Below, piece by piece: positions 8,389 to 18,117 of a stretch of 64,000 bases of DNA (within the stretch, counting starts at the first letter, position 1; each line of letters begins with the position of its first letter). The notes under the pieces were generated by a model that was not told the origin of the DNA, did no database searches, and saw only the letters and a list, made by a program, of their open reading frames with translations. This DNA comes from an uncultured bacterium. Lineage in GTDB: Bacteria; B130-G9. The position numbers and the translations under genes were made by a program. The DNA lies in NCBI GenBank assembly GCA_964480475.1, contig CAYZPW010000001.1:16262-80261 (forward strand), written 5' to 3'.

Positions 8389-9654
8389 ATGGATCACGTG
8401 GTATTATCTGATGTGCGGTCACAACCCATCCGCGTGATGCGGGTGATCACACAGCTCTCGCGAGGGGGCGTGGAGGCGAAGCTGGCCGAGCTCTTGCCTT
8501 TGCTCAGGCAGCAGGGCTTTGATGTCTCCGTGTGCTGCATCAAGGAGGCAGGGTCGCTGGCTCATCGGTTCGCCGAGGCGGGGATACCGGTTCACGTCCT
8601 GCCTGTTCGATCGCGGCTGCATCCGATCGACATGCTGCGCCTCGCCCGGTTCATCAGGCAGGAGCGGCCCGACATCGTGCACACGCACATGTATGCGGCG
8701 AATACGACAGGGACGATTGCTGCGCGGCTCGCGAAGACGCCGGTTATCGTCGCAAACGTTCACAACGTGGGGAAGTTCGCGTCGCGGCGCCAGGTTTTGC
8801 AGGACAGGATATTGTCCCGGTTCAGGGATGCGACGGTCTGCGTCTCAGAGCGGGTCAAGGCGGATTACCTTGAGGCGACAGGGCTTTCGGACGAGAAGGT
8901 AATGGTGATCTACAACGGTGTGGATACTGAGAGGTTCAGGCCAAGTTCGCAGGCTGGAAAGCCCGCCCCACACGGCCAACTGCCAACCGCCAACGGCCAA
9001 CCGATCAGGCAGGCTAGAAAGCCTACCCCACATGGGCGGGCTGGAAAGCCCGGCCCGCACTGTGAGCTCCGGAGGGAACTCGGAATCGGGGAGGACGAAC
9101 GCGTTCTGATTTCTGCCGGGCGCCTCATCCCGCAGAAGTCACCGGACCTTCTGATCGCTGCGTTCAAGATAGTCCACAAATCGCTCCCAGACACGCGGCT
9201 GTTGGTTCTTGGGACGGGCGAGCTTCGCGACGATCTTATGGCCATGACCGATAGGCTTGGACTTTCAGCGAGTGTTATCTTCGCGGGCTTTCGAGAGGAC
9301 ATTGCCGAATGCCTTGCCGCTTCGGACGTTTTTGTGTCATCCTCTGTTAAGGAGGGCTTCTCGAATGTGCTGCTTGAGGCGCTGGCCTCTGGCCTTCCGG
9401 CGGTGGTTACGGATGTCGGTGGGAATCGGGAGGCGGTCCGCGATGGTCGGGAGGGCTTCTTGTGTGGGCCAGGCGCAGAGGAGTTAGCCGAGTGGATTAT
9501 GCGCATTTTGGGCGATTCGGGCCTTCGAGAGCGCATGTCAAAGAATGCTAGGGAGCGAGCGATGGAGTTTAGTTTGGAGCAGATGGCGAACCAGACGGCG
9601 GCGTTTTATCACCGTCTTTTCTCGCAGAAGCGAGGGAGTGTAGCCGATGAATAA
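8389..9654 (+). CDS. glycosyltransferase family 4 (GT-B fold)
   Basis: N-terminal GT4 domain. C-terminal EGFSNVLLEALASGLPAVVTDVGG motif (the E-x7-E region). The inter-domain linker is made of in-frame 26-bp tandem repeats. The start is uncertain (alternative GTG at 8371 or ATG at 8437). Confidence 0.8.
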   Translation: MDHVVLSDVRSQPIRVMRVITQLSRGGVEAKLAELLPLLRQQGFDVSVCCIKEAGSLAHRFAEAGIPVHVLPVRSRLHPIDMLRLARFIRQERPDIVHTHMYAANTTGTIAARLAKTPVIVANVHNVGKFASRRQVLQDRILSRFRDATVCVSERVKADYLEATGLSDEKVMVIYNGVDTERFRPSSQAGKPAPHGQLPTANGQPIRQARKPTPHGRAGKPGPHCELRRELGIGEDERVLISAGRLIPQKSPDLLIAAFKIVHKSLPDTRLLVLGTGELRDDLMAMTDRLGLSASVIFAGFREDIAECLAASDVFVSSSVKEGFSNVLLEALASGLPAVVTDVGGNREAVRDGREGFLCGPGAEELAEWIMRILGDSGLRERMSKNARERAMEFSLEQMANQTAAFYHRLFSQKRGSVADE

Positions 9655-11584
9655 GACCCTGGTTTTCGTAGCCGACTTGATACTCAAGGGGCTGACGACG
9701 TTTTTCTATGAGCTCAGCGGCCTGTTCTTCTCTCACTTCATCCAGTTCATGCTCGCGGTGCTAATCCTCGTGATGGTCAACATCGAGCGCAAGCGAACGC
9801 ACAGCAAGGAGTTCGTGTATCTGACGCTCGGGTTCATGCTGCTGATGTTCCAGAAGTACCTGATCAGCACTATTCTGGGGATCAGAGTCCTTGCGCCGGG
9901 TGTGGCGCCCGCAGAGGAGTATTCAGTCTTGCTGTACCAAGTCCTGGAGCTCTTCGCGCTGATAATCCTGACCACAGCATTTCTGTATCCGGTGGCGCGG
10001 CGCAAGCTGAAGCTTCAGAGGATCATGGTCTATAACCTCTTCAGCGCGGTCGTCATCTCCCTCGCGGTGTTCCTCTCGTTCCATTTGCAGGAGCCTCCGG
10101 CGCCTTTCGCGCTGCACTGGGGAGCGTGGCTCTTCGCAGCGCTGGACCTCGCTCTTCTCCTGGCGATCATATTCTACACACTCGTCGCCGGGCGAAAATC
10201 TACGCCGCTAATCGTCGCTGCCGTGTCGTTGTGGGCCTTCACAGAGGTATTCAGACTCCGGAACGTTCTCGCATTTGGGGGGAGAGACTCGACGCTTTTG
10301 ATGCTTAGCGAGACGGTGCCGATTCTGGTGTATGCGTTGCTTGTTTTGGCGATTTTCAGGCAGATTTCCGCGGAATACATGAGGCTGCACACAGCGACTT
10401 TGAGAAGCAAGCAGAGGCTTCAGGCCATCTTCGACGGCATAACCGACGGGATAACGACGCTGGACAAGGACCTGAAGGTCATAAACGTCAATCAGAGCGA
10501 ACGTCGGTTCCTCGGTCTTCCGTCTGAGGCCATCATAGGCAAAACGTGCCATGAGCTCTACGGCCGAGGCGTCAAGCCCTGTGCGGACTGTCCCGCGCTT
10601 GCCACGTTCGAGTCGGGCACGAAATCCACCGCGGCGTTCCGTGCTTCGCGCAAGGAAGGCGAGAAACTCTCATTCTTCGAGGAGGAGGCGTTCCCGCTGT
10701 TCAATCAGGCGGGGGAAGTAGATCAGGTCATAATCTACATTAAGGACACGACGGACCGGCACAGGATAGAGGATCGGATGAGGTCGCTTGACCGCCTCGC
10801 AGCGGTCGGCGAGATGTCCACTCGAATCGCGCACGAGATACGAAATCCACTCGAGGCGATAAGCGGCTCCGCAGAGTATTTGGGCCAGACGGTCGATAGC
10901 GACCTTGTGCGCGAGTTCACGAAGATCATCCGCGACGAGTCGGAGAGACTCTCCAACCTTACAAGGAACCTTCTTAACTACTCAACGCGGATTCAGCTCA
11001 GCCTCAAACTGAGCAACCTCAACTACCTCGTGATGGACACCAAGAAGCTCCTGAGGACCGAGTTCGACGAGGCGCAGGCCAAGTTGAGGCTCAGACTCGA
11101 CAGAGAAATACCTGATACGGTCTTCGATCCGGGCCTGATTAAGCAGGTTATAATAAACCTCGTAATAAACTCACTGGAGGCGATGAATGGCCCCGGGGAC
11201 ATTCTCCTGGCCACACGCTGGTGTCATCCCGGTCCCGGGAAGAGGCTTGGCCCGGAGCTGGAACCACTCCTTGCCGAATTCGCGTCCGATAACGCACTCT
11301 ACCATTGTGTAGGGAACCAGGAACTGAAGATGACGAAGCACATTGCTTTGTATTGCAGGGACTGGGGAAAGGGCATCAGCAAAGAGCACATCCACACTAT
11401 CTTCATGCCATTCATCACGACCAAGGTTAAAGGCACTGGCCTTGGCCTCGCAACGACGGAGAAAATCGCTTCCGAGCACGAGGGCATGATCGAGGTCTTT
11501 AGCCGAGAAGGCAACGGGACTCTCTTTATCGTTAGACTGCCTGCCACAAAGGACACAAATGGCCTTTCTTCAAGCCAATCATAG
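9647..11584 (+). CDS. membrane sensor histidine kinase with a PAS domain
   Basis: About six N-terminal transmembrane segments; a PAS region (LQAIFDGITDGITTLD); an HisKA H-box (RIAHEIRNPLEAI); an HATPase_c domain (GTGLGLATTEKI) carrying an insertion. Overlaps the GT4 stop in the ATGA arrangement. Confidence 0.8.
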   Translation: MNKTLVFVADLILKGLTTFFYELSGLFFSHFIQFMLAVLILVMVNIERKRTHSKEFVYLTLGFMLLMFQKYLISTILGIRVLAPGVAPAEEYSVLLYQVLELFALIILTTAFLYPVARRKLKLQRIMVYNLFSAVVISLAVFLSFHLQEPPAPFALHWGAWLFAALDLALLLAIIFYTLVAGRKSTPLIVAAVSLWAFTEVFRLRNVLAFGGRDSTLLMLSETVPILVYALLVLAIFRQISAEYMRLHTATLRSKQRLQAIFDGITDGITTLDKDLKVINVNQSERRFLGLPSEAIIGKTCHELYGRGVKPCADCPALATFESGTKSTAAFRASRKEGEKLSFFEEEAFPLFNQAGEVDQVIIYIKDTTDRHRIEDRMRSLDRLAAVGEMSTRIAHEIRNPLEAISGSAEYLGQTVDSDLVREFTKIIRDESERLSNLTRNLLNYSTRIQLSLKLSNLNYLVMDTKKLLRTEFDEAQAKLRLRLDREIPDTVFDPGLIKQVIINLVINSLEAMNGPGDILLATRWCHPGPGKRLGPELEPLLAEFASDNALYHCVGNQELKMTKHIALYCRDWGKGISKEHIHTIFMPFITTKVKGTGLGLATTEKIASEHEGMIEVFSREGNGTLFIVRLPATKDTNGLSSSQS

Positions 11585-11663
11585 CTCGTCAACGGCCGCG
11601 CTCAACTGAATCACTCAAATACCATGCCGAACTCACCCTAAGTCGGGCCCAAGCCTGGCGCAC

Positions 11664-13805
11664 TCAGCCCACTGACTTCGAACTTTGGGCTTTGGACTTG
11701 GACTTCGGACTTTTCTTGAACTTCAAGGAGACCCATGTCTTGAAAACGAGTGGCCAGGCCCTCAGATTGAAGACAAGATTGACCGGCAGGATGCACTCCC
11801 ACGTGCAATAGCAGTTGGAGGTCTTGATGAAGTCGAAGAGTTTTTCGGCCCGCTCCGACTTCAAAAGGGCTCGGACGTCATAGCCGTTCTGCCTTAGATT
11901 GCCGAAGCTCTTGTTGAGTATCTCACACGGATAAACGTCGCCCGTGTCCCCGATGACAATCACTTTCTTTCCTGCTACGCAAGGATACGTCATCTTACCG
12001 TTTCTGGCGGCCATGGCATTCTCTTCCGGGGCCAGACGCATTAGGACCTCCTTCATTCCGGCGAATGGGTGCTTGTCCCGGCTCTTGAATTGCTCATCGA
12101 GGCGCAGCTTCGTCATCGCCTCGTAATAGTCCTGCATAGTGACATTTATCGCTCGCTTGTCACGAGCGTCGCCTCTGACGATGTTGATCGAGTGCTTCAG
12201 GCCAAGGTCGCAGGCGATGAACTCATGCAGCGGGACCATTTGGTCCTTGTTGAAGTAGGTGTAAGTTGTGCCCACTCTCAGGCCAAGGTTGGGATATCTG
12301 TCAGCGAGTGGCATCAGATGTCTTAATGTCTTAACTGCCTTTTCAAAGCCGTCTTTGACACCCCTTATCATATTATGCGTCTCTGGGAGGCCATCGAGCG
12401 TCACCTGAACCATGAGAAATGAGTGGGGGCAGCGGTTAAGTATCTCCCTGGCAATGTCAACTGTCTTCTCAGGCAAATAACCGTTCGTGTGCATGCAGAT
12501 AATATGGGCGCCGTTGTGCCTGTAGAAAGTCTCGCAGATGTCCGGAATGTCGTCCCTGAGCGTTGGCTCGCCGCCGGTGATGGCGAGGTACTTGATATGA
12601 CCGAGGCTCTTAGCGATCCTCTGGACCTCATCGAGCGACAGCTCCTGCCGCTTGAGCGACTCGTCCTGCCTCCTCCAGTTGAAGCAGTAGTTGCATTTGT
12701 TGTTGCACCTTGCGGTGACGAAAAGGATAACGTAGGGCGGCATACGGCTGAGAAGAAAGCGCACGTTATCAATTGGAGACAACAACGCCATGAGCGTTCG
12801 GGAAGCAATATGCCGCACGAGTGCAAGCGACACGCCAACCCCGACCGTCAGGTAGTAAAGCGTGTTGCAGATAACGGAATAGAAGGCGAAGACTATGTGC
12901 TTCCGTTTGGCTACCCAGAAGTAGAAATGATAGTTCATTACTACGGTCAGCGTGAACAGGGCGAGCGATGCCCAGAGCAGCGCTGGGTATAACGGTGACA
13001 AGAGGAGCGCTGCAAGCATCAAAACGGCGAGCATGACAGATATCTGCTCTTGTGGTCCGTTGGGATTGTCTCTTCTGCCTCGCGCCCGCAGAAAAGACCC
13101 CAGGACCCTATTGCTGCGCTTGAACCACTGCTTGAGTTTGGGAAACAGTGGCAGGTAATGGTGCCGGAGCTTGATGTCCGTGAAAAAAACAACCTTATGA
13201 TGCTTGATTAGGCGCAACCCCAGATCATAATCCTCGCCACCGATCCCTCCCAGCGACGAATCAAAGCCCCCCACCTCCGCGAACACATCTCTTTGTACGG
13301 CGCCTCCATAAGAAGGGAAGCAACAACTGAGGTATCGCGTCCTTGCCCGGTGCCTGCCCTCGAAAAGATAGACGCATTTCAGACCAATGAACGTTACACC
13401 CCATCGCTTGTCGTCAAGAGCGCCGGACATAACGCCGCCAGCGACTCTGATCTTGGGGTCCGACTCGAACGCGGCCGCAAACCTCCTGAGCGTATCCGGG
13501 GCAGGGACGATGTCCGAATCCATGAACACCAATATCTCGCCCTTCGCCTCTTCCGCCGCTCGGTTTCTCGCCTTCGCCACGCCCAAGTTGCGAGGCTGTT
13601 TTATGAGCCTCACGGGATACTGCTCGGCAATGTCTCTCGAAGCGTCCGTGCTACAATCGTCAACGACGATCACCTCGAAATCGGGATAGTCCGACGCGCA
13701 CGCGGCCTGGAGCGTCTCGCCCAGGGTCCTCTGGGCGTTGTAAACCGGAATAATCACCGATACTGACGGGTGCCTTCTCTCCGCCCGAGAATAATCCTCA
13801 CTCAT
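11664..13805 (-). CDS. fusion protein: GT2 glycosyltransferase (GtrB/DPM1-like) + transmembrane segments + radical SAM/SPASM domain
   Basis: N-terminal VSVIIPVYN...VVDDCSTD...DSD (GT2 DxD motifs). Two to three transmembrane helices. Then CNNKCNYC (CxxxCxxC) and a C-terminal Cys cluster CVAGKKV...YPCE...CYCTWEC (SPASM-like). AAAGGAA RBS before ATG 13805. Confidence 0.75.
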   Translation of the reverse strand: MSEDYSRAERRHPSVSVIIPVYNAQRTLGETLQAACASDYPDFEVIVVDDCSTDASRDIAEQYPVRLIKQPRNLGVAKARNRAAEEAKGEILVFMDSDIVPAPDTLRRFAAAFESDPKIRVAGGVMSGALDDKRWGVTFIGLKCVYLFEGRHRARTRYLSCCFPSYGGAVQRDVFAEVGGFDSSLGGIGGEDYDLGLRLIKHHKVVFFTDIKLRHHYLPLFPKLKQWFKRSNRVLGSFLRARGRRDNPNGPQEQISVMLAVLMLAALLLSPLYPALLWASLALFTLTVVMNYHFYFWVAKRKHIVFAFYSVICNTLYYLTVGVGVSLALVRHIASRTLMALLSPIDNVRFLLSRMPPYVILFVTARCNNKCNYCFNWRRQDESLKRQELSLDEVQRIAKSLGHIKYLAITGGEPTLRDDIPDICETFYRHNGAHIICMHTNGYLPEKTVDIAREILNRCPHSFLMVQVTLDGLPETHNMIRGVKDGFEKAVKTLRHLMPLADRYPNLGLRVGTTYTYFNKDQMVPLHEFIACDLGLKHSINIVRGDARDKRAINVTMQDYYEAMTKLRLDEQFKSRDKHPFAGMKEVLMRLAPEENAMAARNGKMTYPCVAGKKVIVIGDTGDVYPCEILNKSFGNLRQNGYDVRALLKSERAEKLFDFIKTSNCYCTWECILPVNLVFNLRAWPLVFKTWVSLKFKKSPKSKSKAQSSKSVG

Positions 13806-14117
13806 TTCCTTTTGAGGCCGTCCGGCAAGATTCTTGTGCTTAAGTGTCCAATTGATCCGAAACGCGGGTAGGCTACCACGTGGGTGAGGTGCTTGCAAGG
13901 TGGCAGGCCGGGCTTGCGTCTAGGTCGAGGGTGAACCCTATTGGTCGTGGCTTCAGCCGGGCGATTGAACGAGGCGTTTCCCCACCATTAGATCGCCCTG
14001 CTAAAACAGGAAGCTAATACAACTGGCCGTGACAATTGCCGCGTTCAAACGCTGCAATAATCACAAACATGTCCTTACCTACGATTGAGGATCACCCCCT
14101 GCCGCCTGGCCTCGGGG

Positions 14118-14352
14118 TAAGTCTTTCCCCAAAACTGAAGCTCCAATCGCTCAATTACTGCCTATATAGGCGCATTAAGAGCACTCACGAAGTGAGATAC
14201 GTCTGTTTCGGAAAAGAGGCCCTGCGATTAGCTGTCTCGCACTCGCCAGGGACAGGACTCACGCTTTCTGGCTACTATCGGTCTGTCCCCTTTCGCCTTT
14301 CCCCCTTTCCCCCTTTTGTCCCGTTTCCCCAATGGGGAAACTCCTCCTCAGG
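14118..14352 (+). repeat. MITE-like ~235-bp interspersed repeat, copy A
   Basis: About 80% identical over ~225 bp to 61824-62047. Ends in a polypyrimidine tract plus a gtttccccaatggggaaac hairpin. ORF 14036..14488 across it is probably spurious. Confidence 0.55.
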
Positions 14353-14478
14353 GGTCTTGGCAGAGGCGAAAGAGGTAAATAGGTCAATCCCGGACGTAGA
14401 GAAAGACACGCGAGAGACTAGTTGCAGAGAGGCCTTGCCCGCAACGGCTGGGCGACATCGGAGATGTGAGCTGCGTGG

Positions 14479-16380
14479 CTACAGGTAGTTTAGAAGCGTA
14501 ACTTGATTCAGTATCCTGGCCCCGATCGAAAGTGACGTTTGGTAAGCCAGCTCCTCCTGCTCGAGGCGCGCGATGGCCTCGGGTAGGTTCACGCCTTGCT
14601 GCACCTCAAGCTGCTCCTTCATCAGGGCCTGATAGTCGAGCAGATTCTTCTGAACCATCATCATGTATTGCAGCGTTGAGCCGGCCAGCGCCTCGGTCTT
14701 GATGAGATGATTTATGTTGCCGTCGAGCGCTACATGCTCGCTTCTGTCGTGCCTCAAATCAAGTGTGAACGAATCGCCCGCCTGAAACTCACCCGGGACA
14801 CCGGAGAATGAGACAGAGACGCCGTCTGCGATGAGGATGCTCTCGCCCGAGGAGTAGGCTTCGCCGACGTCGATCGTCTTGATGACCTCCCCGGTCGCCT
14901 GGTCCGTCACCGTGATCGTTACGCCCTCGGTCTCGCCCAAAAGGCCGCCTGTGCTGCCCACCGTGAAGACCCAGGTCGCGTCAATGTCCCCGGTGTAGTA
15001 GCCATCTCTGCTAACCGAAACGCTGCTCTCTCCATTCCAGTCGGATGGATCGAATATCTTGGACTGGACCACGCCCGCGTCTATGTTGCGCGCCAGGCGA
15101 TTGAGCGTGTCCAAAACGGCGACGCCATCCGTCTCTCCGCTTGATACACCGAAGAAGCTCTGAAGCGTGTTTGCGCCGGAGCTCAAGTCGTTCAGGACGA
15201 TCTTGGCATGGAGGCCCTCCGAAAGCGGGCGAAGCCGCAGGCGCCCCTGCGAATCAAAGCTCGCCTGTATGAAGACCTCGTCGTCGTATTGATCGCTTTG
15301 GCCGATGAACAGGCCGGCCTGATCGAGCAGATTGAGAACGTCGGACTGCGTGTATGACGTCCCCTCTGTAAGTGTGATTGTCTTTGTCGTCGCTCCGTCC
15401 GAGATTAGAAACTCTATGTCCCCGCCGCCGGCGCTGACGGGCGTCCCACGAACCGCATCAATGATCGCTGTCCCGATGACTGTGTCGGCCTGCAAGAACG
15501 TGTGGCCCGCCACGTTGATATCGACTATCAGGTCATCTCCGATCTTCGACTTGATGGCGCCGTTGTTGCCGACGTAGGAAAAGCTGCCCTGCGGGGTGTA
15601 CATGACGCGGAAGCTCTGCGTGCCTGAGGCCATCGTTGCCGACGTCTCGATCCGAAGGCCGCGGCCGGTATTGACTGTCTCTCCCAGGGTAACCGTTATC
15701 GAGTTGGCCAGGTGGTTGTAGCTCGAGAAATAATGCGTGTCGTCCCTTGAGTTGTCGTCGATCTGGACCGACGAGCCGTCGGCCTCCTTCAGCGAGACTG
15801 TGGCGCCTATACCGTCGGACGTTATCTCAACAGTATAAACAGAGCGCTCCAGTTCCGGCAGGTCTGAGAACGGCGAGCCGATCGTAATCGCATCGATGCC
15901 ATCCGGCAGCGAGCCGACGAGTGTGATGTCCCGCTCTAACCTGACAAAGGGCTGAGTGGATGTCCGCGTGCCGGAGAACATGTATCGGTTGTTCTGCGAG
16001 CGGTTTGCCAGCGAGACGAGCTCGTCAATGTAGCCGCTTACGGCCTGCGAAAGGCCACTTCTGGCATCGTCGGACGTCGTGTCACTCAGGGCGAACATGG
16101 CCTTTTCGAGCGCCTGCTGCACCAGGCCCGACGCCTGGTTGATGCTGTCCTGGGTCGTCTGAGACCATGAATACGCCGTGTCGGCGTTCGCGGAGTACCT
16201 CTCAATTCTGCTGATCGCCGCCTCGTATCGGTGGATTCTTGCGAGCCCGCTTGGGTCGTCTGAAGGCTTGTTGACCCTCTTGCCAGACGCGATCTGAGCG
16301 GTCAGTTCGCTCAGACGTTCGTATTGCAGCTCCGCCCTCGTGAGGAAGTTCTTAACCATCATGTTGCGAGTAACCCGCAT
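14479..16380 (-). CDS. flgL: flagellar hook-associated protein 3 FlgL, long form
   Basis: Flagellin-like N-terminal helix (NFLTRAELQYERL). Conserved C-terminus (LSIGARILNQVTLLNYL). Immediately downstream of flgK. Confidence 0.75.
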   Translation of the reverse strand: MRVTRNMMVKNFLTRAELQYERLSELTAQIASGKRVNKPSDDPSGLARIHRYEAAISRIERYSANADTAYSWSQTTQDSINQASGLVQQALEKAMFALSDTTSDDARSGLSQAVSGYIDELVSLANRSQNNRYMFSGTRTSTQPFVRLERDITLVGSLPDGIDAITIGSPFSDLPELERSVYTVEITSDGIGATVSLKEADGSSVQIDDNSRDDTHYFSSYNHLANSITVTLGETVNTGRGLRIETSATMASGTQSFRVMYTPQGSFSYVGNNGAIKSKIGDDLIVDINVAGHTFLQADTVIGTAIIDAVRGTPVSAGGGDIEFLISDGATTKTITLTEGTSYTQSDVLNLLDQAGLFIGQSDQYDDEVFIQASFDSQGRLRLRPLSEGLHAKIVLNDLSSGANTLQSFFGVSSGETDGVAVLDTLNRLARNIDAGVVQSKIFDPSDWNGESSVSVSRDGYYTGDIDATWVFTVGSTGGLLGETEGVTITVTDQATGEVIKTIDVGEAYSSGESILIADGVSVSFSGVPGEFQAGDSFTLDLRHDRSEHVALDGNINHLIKTEALAGSTLQYMMMVQKNLLDYQALMKEQLEVQQGVNLPEAIARLEQEELAYQTSLSIGARILNQVTLLNYL

Positions 16381-16391
16381 CGCGAATCCTC

Positions 16392-18098
16392 CTAGCTACC
16401 CAGCTTCTCAAGCACTGTGTCGATCATTGAGTTGACTACTGATATGAAATGAGCAGTGCTGTTGTATGCCTGCTGATACATGACGAGGTTTGCGAGCTCC
16501 TCGTCAACCGATACACCGGATGTCTGCTCCCTGAGGTTCTCGTAGAAGTCGAGGTTGTCCATCTCGTGTTTGACCTCGAAATCCGCCGTCGTTGTCTGAT
16601 TGCCCGCCCGCGTGGCCATAGAGTTGAAGAACTCGGCGAACGTCGCGGTCTCATCGTTCAATAGCAGCTCGTCAGCAAGCATTGAGAGCGAAAGCGCGTT
16701 CTCGCCGTCGCCCGCGCAGAACGTGGCCCCGGCCGCGATGAGCGTCGGGTCCTCAGCGATCGCATCAGCGACTTGGATGTCGTAAGAGTCGAATCCCGTG
16801 AGCAGGACGTTGACCCCAAGCTGCGCAAGTACACCGCCCGTGTCCTTTCCTACAACGAACTCGTGATCGCCAACGCCGGTGATCTCTAGTCTGTTCTGAG
16901 AGACGCTTGCCGAAAGGAGCGTCGTTGACGAGTTGATCATGGCAACCACGTCCTGAAGCGAATCGACGTCCGGGTCAACCGTAACGGTAACGCTCTGAAC
17001 TATCTGGCCGCCCTGGGTGATCGTGATGTTGAAGGTCCCTGCCTCAGAATCGTAGGCCAGGTTTGACCCGCCTTCCAGGTTCAGGGCGTCATTTAACGCG
17101 ATAGTCGAGCTGTACACCGCATAGGCGCCGGTCACGCTCGTCTGATCCCGGAGCGCAAAGCCCATGCTGTGCGCGCGATTGACCGTCTTGAGCAGAGTCG
17201 TGGTCAGCTCATCGAGTTCCTCAACAAAGGAGACGATCATCTCGTCCCGGGCCTCGAGGTTCGCGCCGAGCTTACCACCGTCTATAAAGGACGTTATGTT
17301 GTGCTGAGAGTTGCCGTCGTCCCAATAGATGTCGTAGAAACTGTTGTTATTAACGTTGTTGCGGCAAACGAGCGTGCTGCGCTGGTCCCTACTGACGAGC
17401 ATGCGATTGTCCCCAACGAATATCGTTACGTCCTCGATCATGTCAAAATCAATGAGTTGGGAAAGCTGGTCAAGCGCCTCGGCCCGGCGGTCTGTTAAGT
17501 CGTTGGCGTGCGTCATCTCATCGCCGTAACTGGCCGTTATGCCTATATTGAGCTCGGCGATCTCCGTCGTAAGCTGATTGATGCGCTCAACGATCTGGGC
17601 AACCTCGTCGTTGGCAAACGTGCGCTGGTTGCGGAACTTGGCATTCTGGGCGCGAATTGCGCTCGTTAGTCGCTCGGCGGTCTGGGCTAGGTTCTGCCTC
17701 TCGGCCGCGCCTTCCGGGCCATTGCCCACCTGTTCAACGGCCTGCCAGAACTCCGTCAAGGACTCGCCCAGGTGCTGCGCGTTGGCCGAGACAAGCGATT
17801 GCTCAACCTCCGAGATGAACGAATACTTGCGCTCGGAATAGGCCAGAAGTCCCTTGTGAAGATTCACCTTGGAAAGCGCATACGTGTCGCGATACTGCAC
17901 AATCTGGGCAATAGTCGCGCCGGTCCCGACCTGAAGCAGGCCCAGGCGACTCGGAGTCGAAGACGATAGAACCGCCGCCTGCCGCGTATAATTCGGCGTG
18001 TTGATGTTCGCGATGTTGTGCCCGCAGATGTTGATAGCTGTCTGCTGTGCAGCGAGAGACCTAACGCCGATGTTCAGAATCGAAAAGATGTTGGTCAT
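16392..18098 (-). CDS. flgK: flagellar hook-associated protein 1 FlgK
   Basis: N-terminal SILNIGVRSLAAQQTAINICGHNIANINTPNYTRQ and C-terminal LVMYQQAYNSTAHFISVVNSM are FlgK signatures. Confidence 0.85.
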   Translation of the reverse strand: MTNIFSILNIGVRSLAAQQTAINICGHNIANINTPNYTRQAAVLSSSTPSRLGLLQVGTGATIAQIVQYRDTYALSKVNLHKGLLAYSERKYSFISEVEQSLVSANAQHLGESLTEFWQAVEQVGNGPEGAAERQNLAQTAERLTSAIRAQNAKFRNQRTFANDEVAQIVERINQLTTEIAELNIGITASYGDEMTHANDLTDRRAEALDQLSQLIDFDMIEDVTIFVGDNRMLVSRDQRSTLVCRNNVNNNSFYDIYWDDGNSQHNITSFIDGGKLGANLEARDEMIVSFVEELDELTTTLLKTVNRAHSMGFALRDQTSVTGAYAVYSSTIALNDALNLEGGSNLAYDSEAGTFNITITQGGQIVQSVTVTVDPDVDSLQDVVAMINSSTTLLSASVSQNRLEITGVGDHEFVVGKDTGGVLAQLGVNVLLTGFDSYDIQVADAIAEDPTLIAAGATFCAGDGENALSLSMLADELLLNDETATFAEFFNSMATRAGNQTTTADFEVKHEMDNLDFYENLREQTSGVSVDEELANLVMYQQAYNSTAHFISVVNSMIDTVLEKLGS

Positions 18099-18117
18099 TG
18101 AGGCGCCTCCTCCACAG

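Noticed and set aside
14036-14488. 150-aa ORF spanning MITE copy A, and the similar ORF 61693..61983 over copy C
   Set aside because: The shared translation (LKLQSL...RIKST...RYVC...TGL.LSGYY) simply reflects nucleotide identity of the repeat. Copy C hits a stop where copy A reads on, substitutions are not synonymous-biased, and neither has an RBS.
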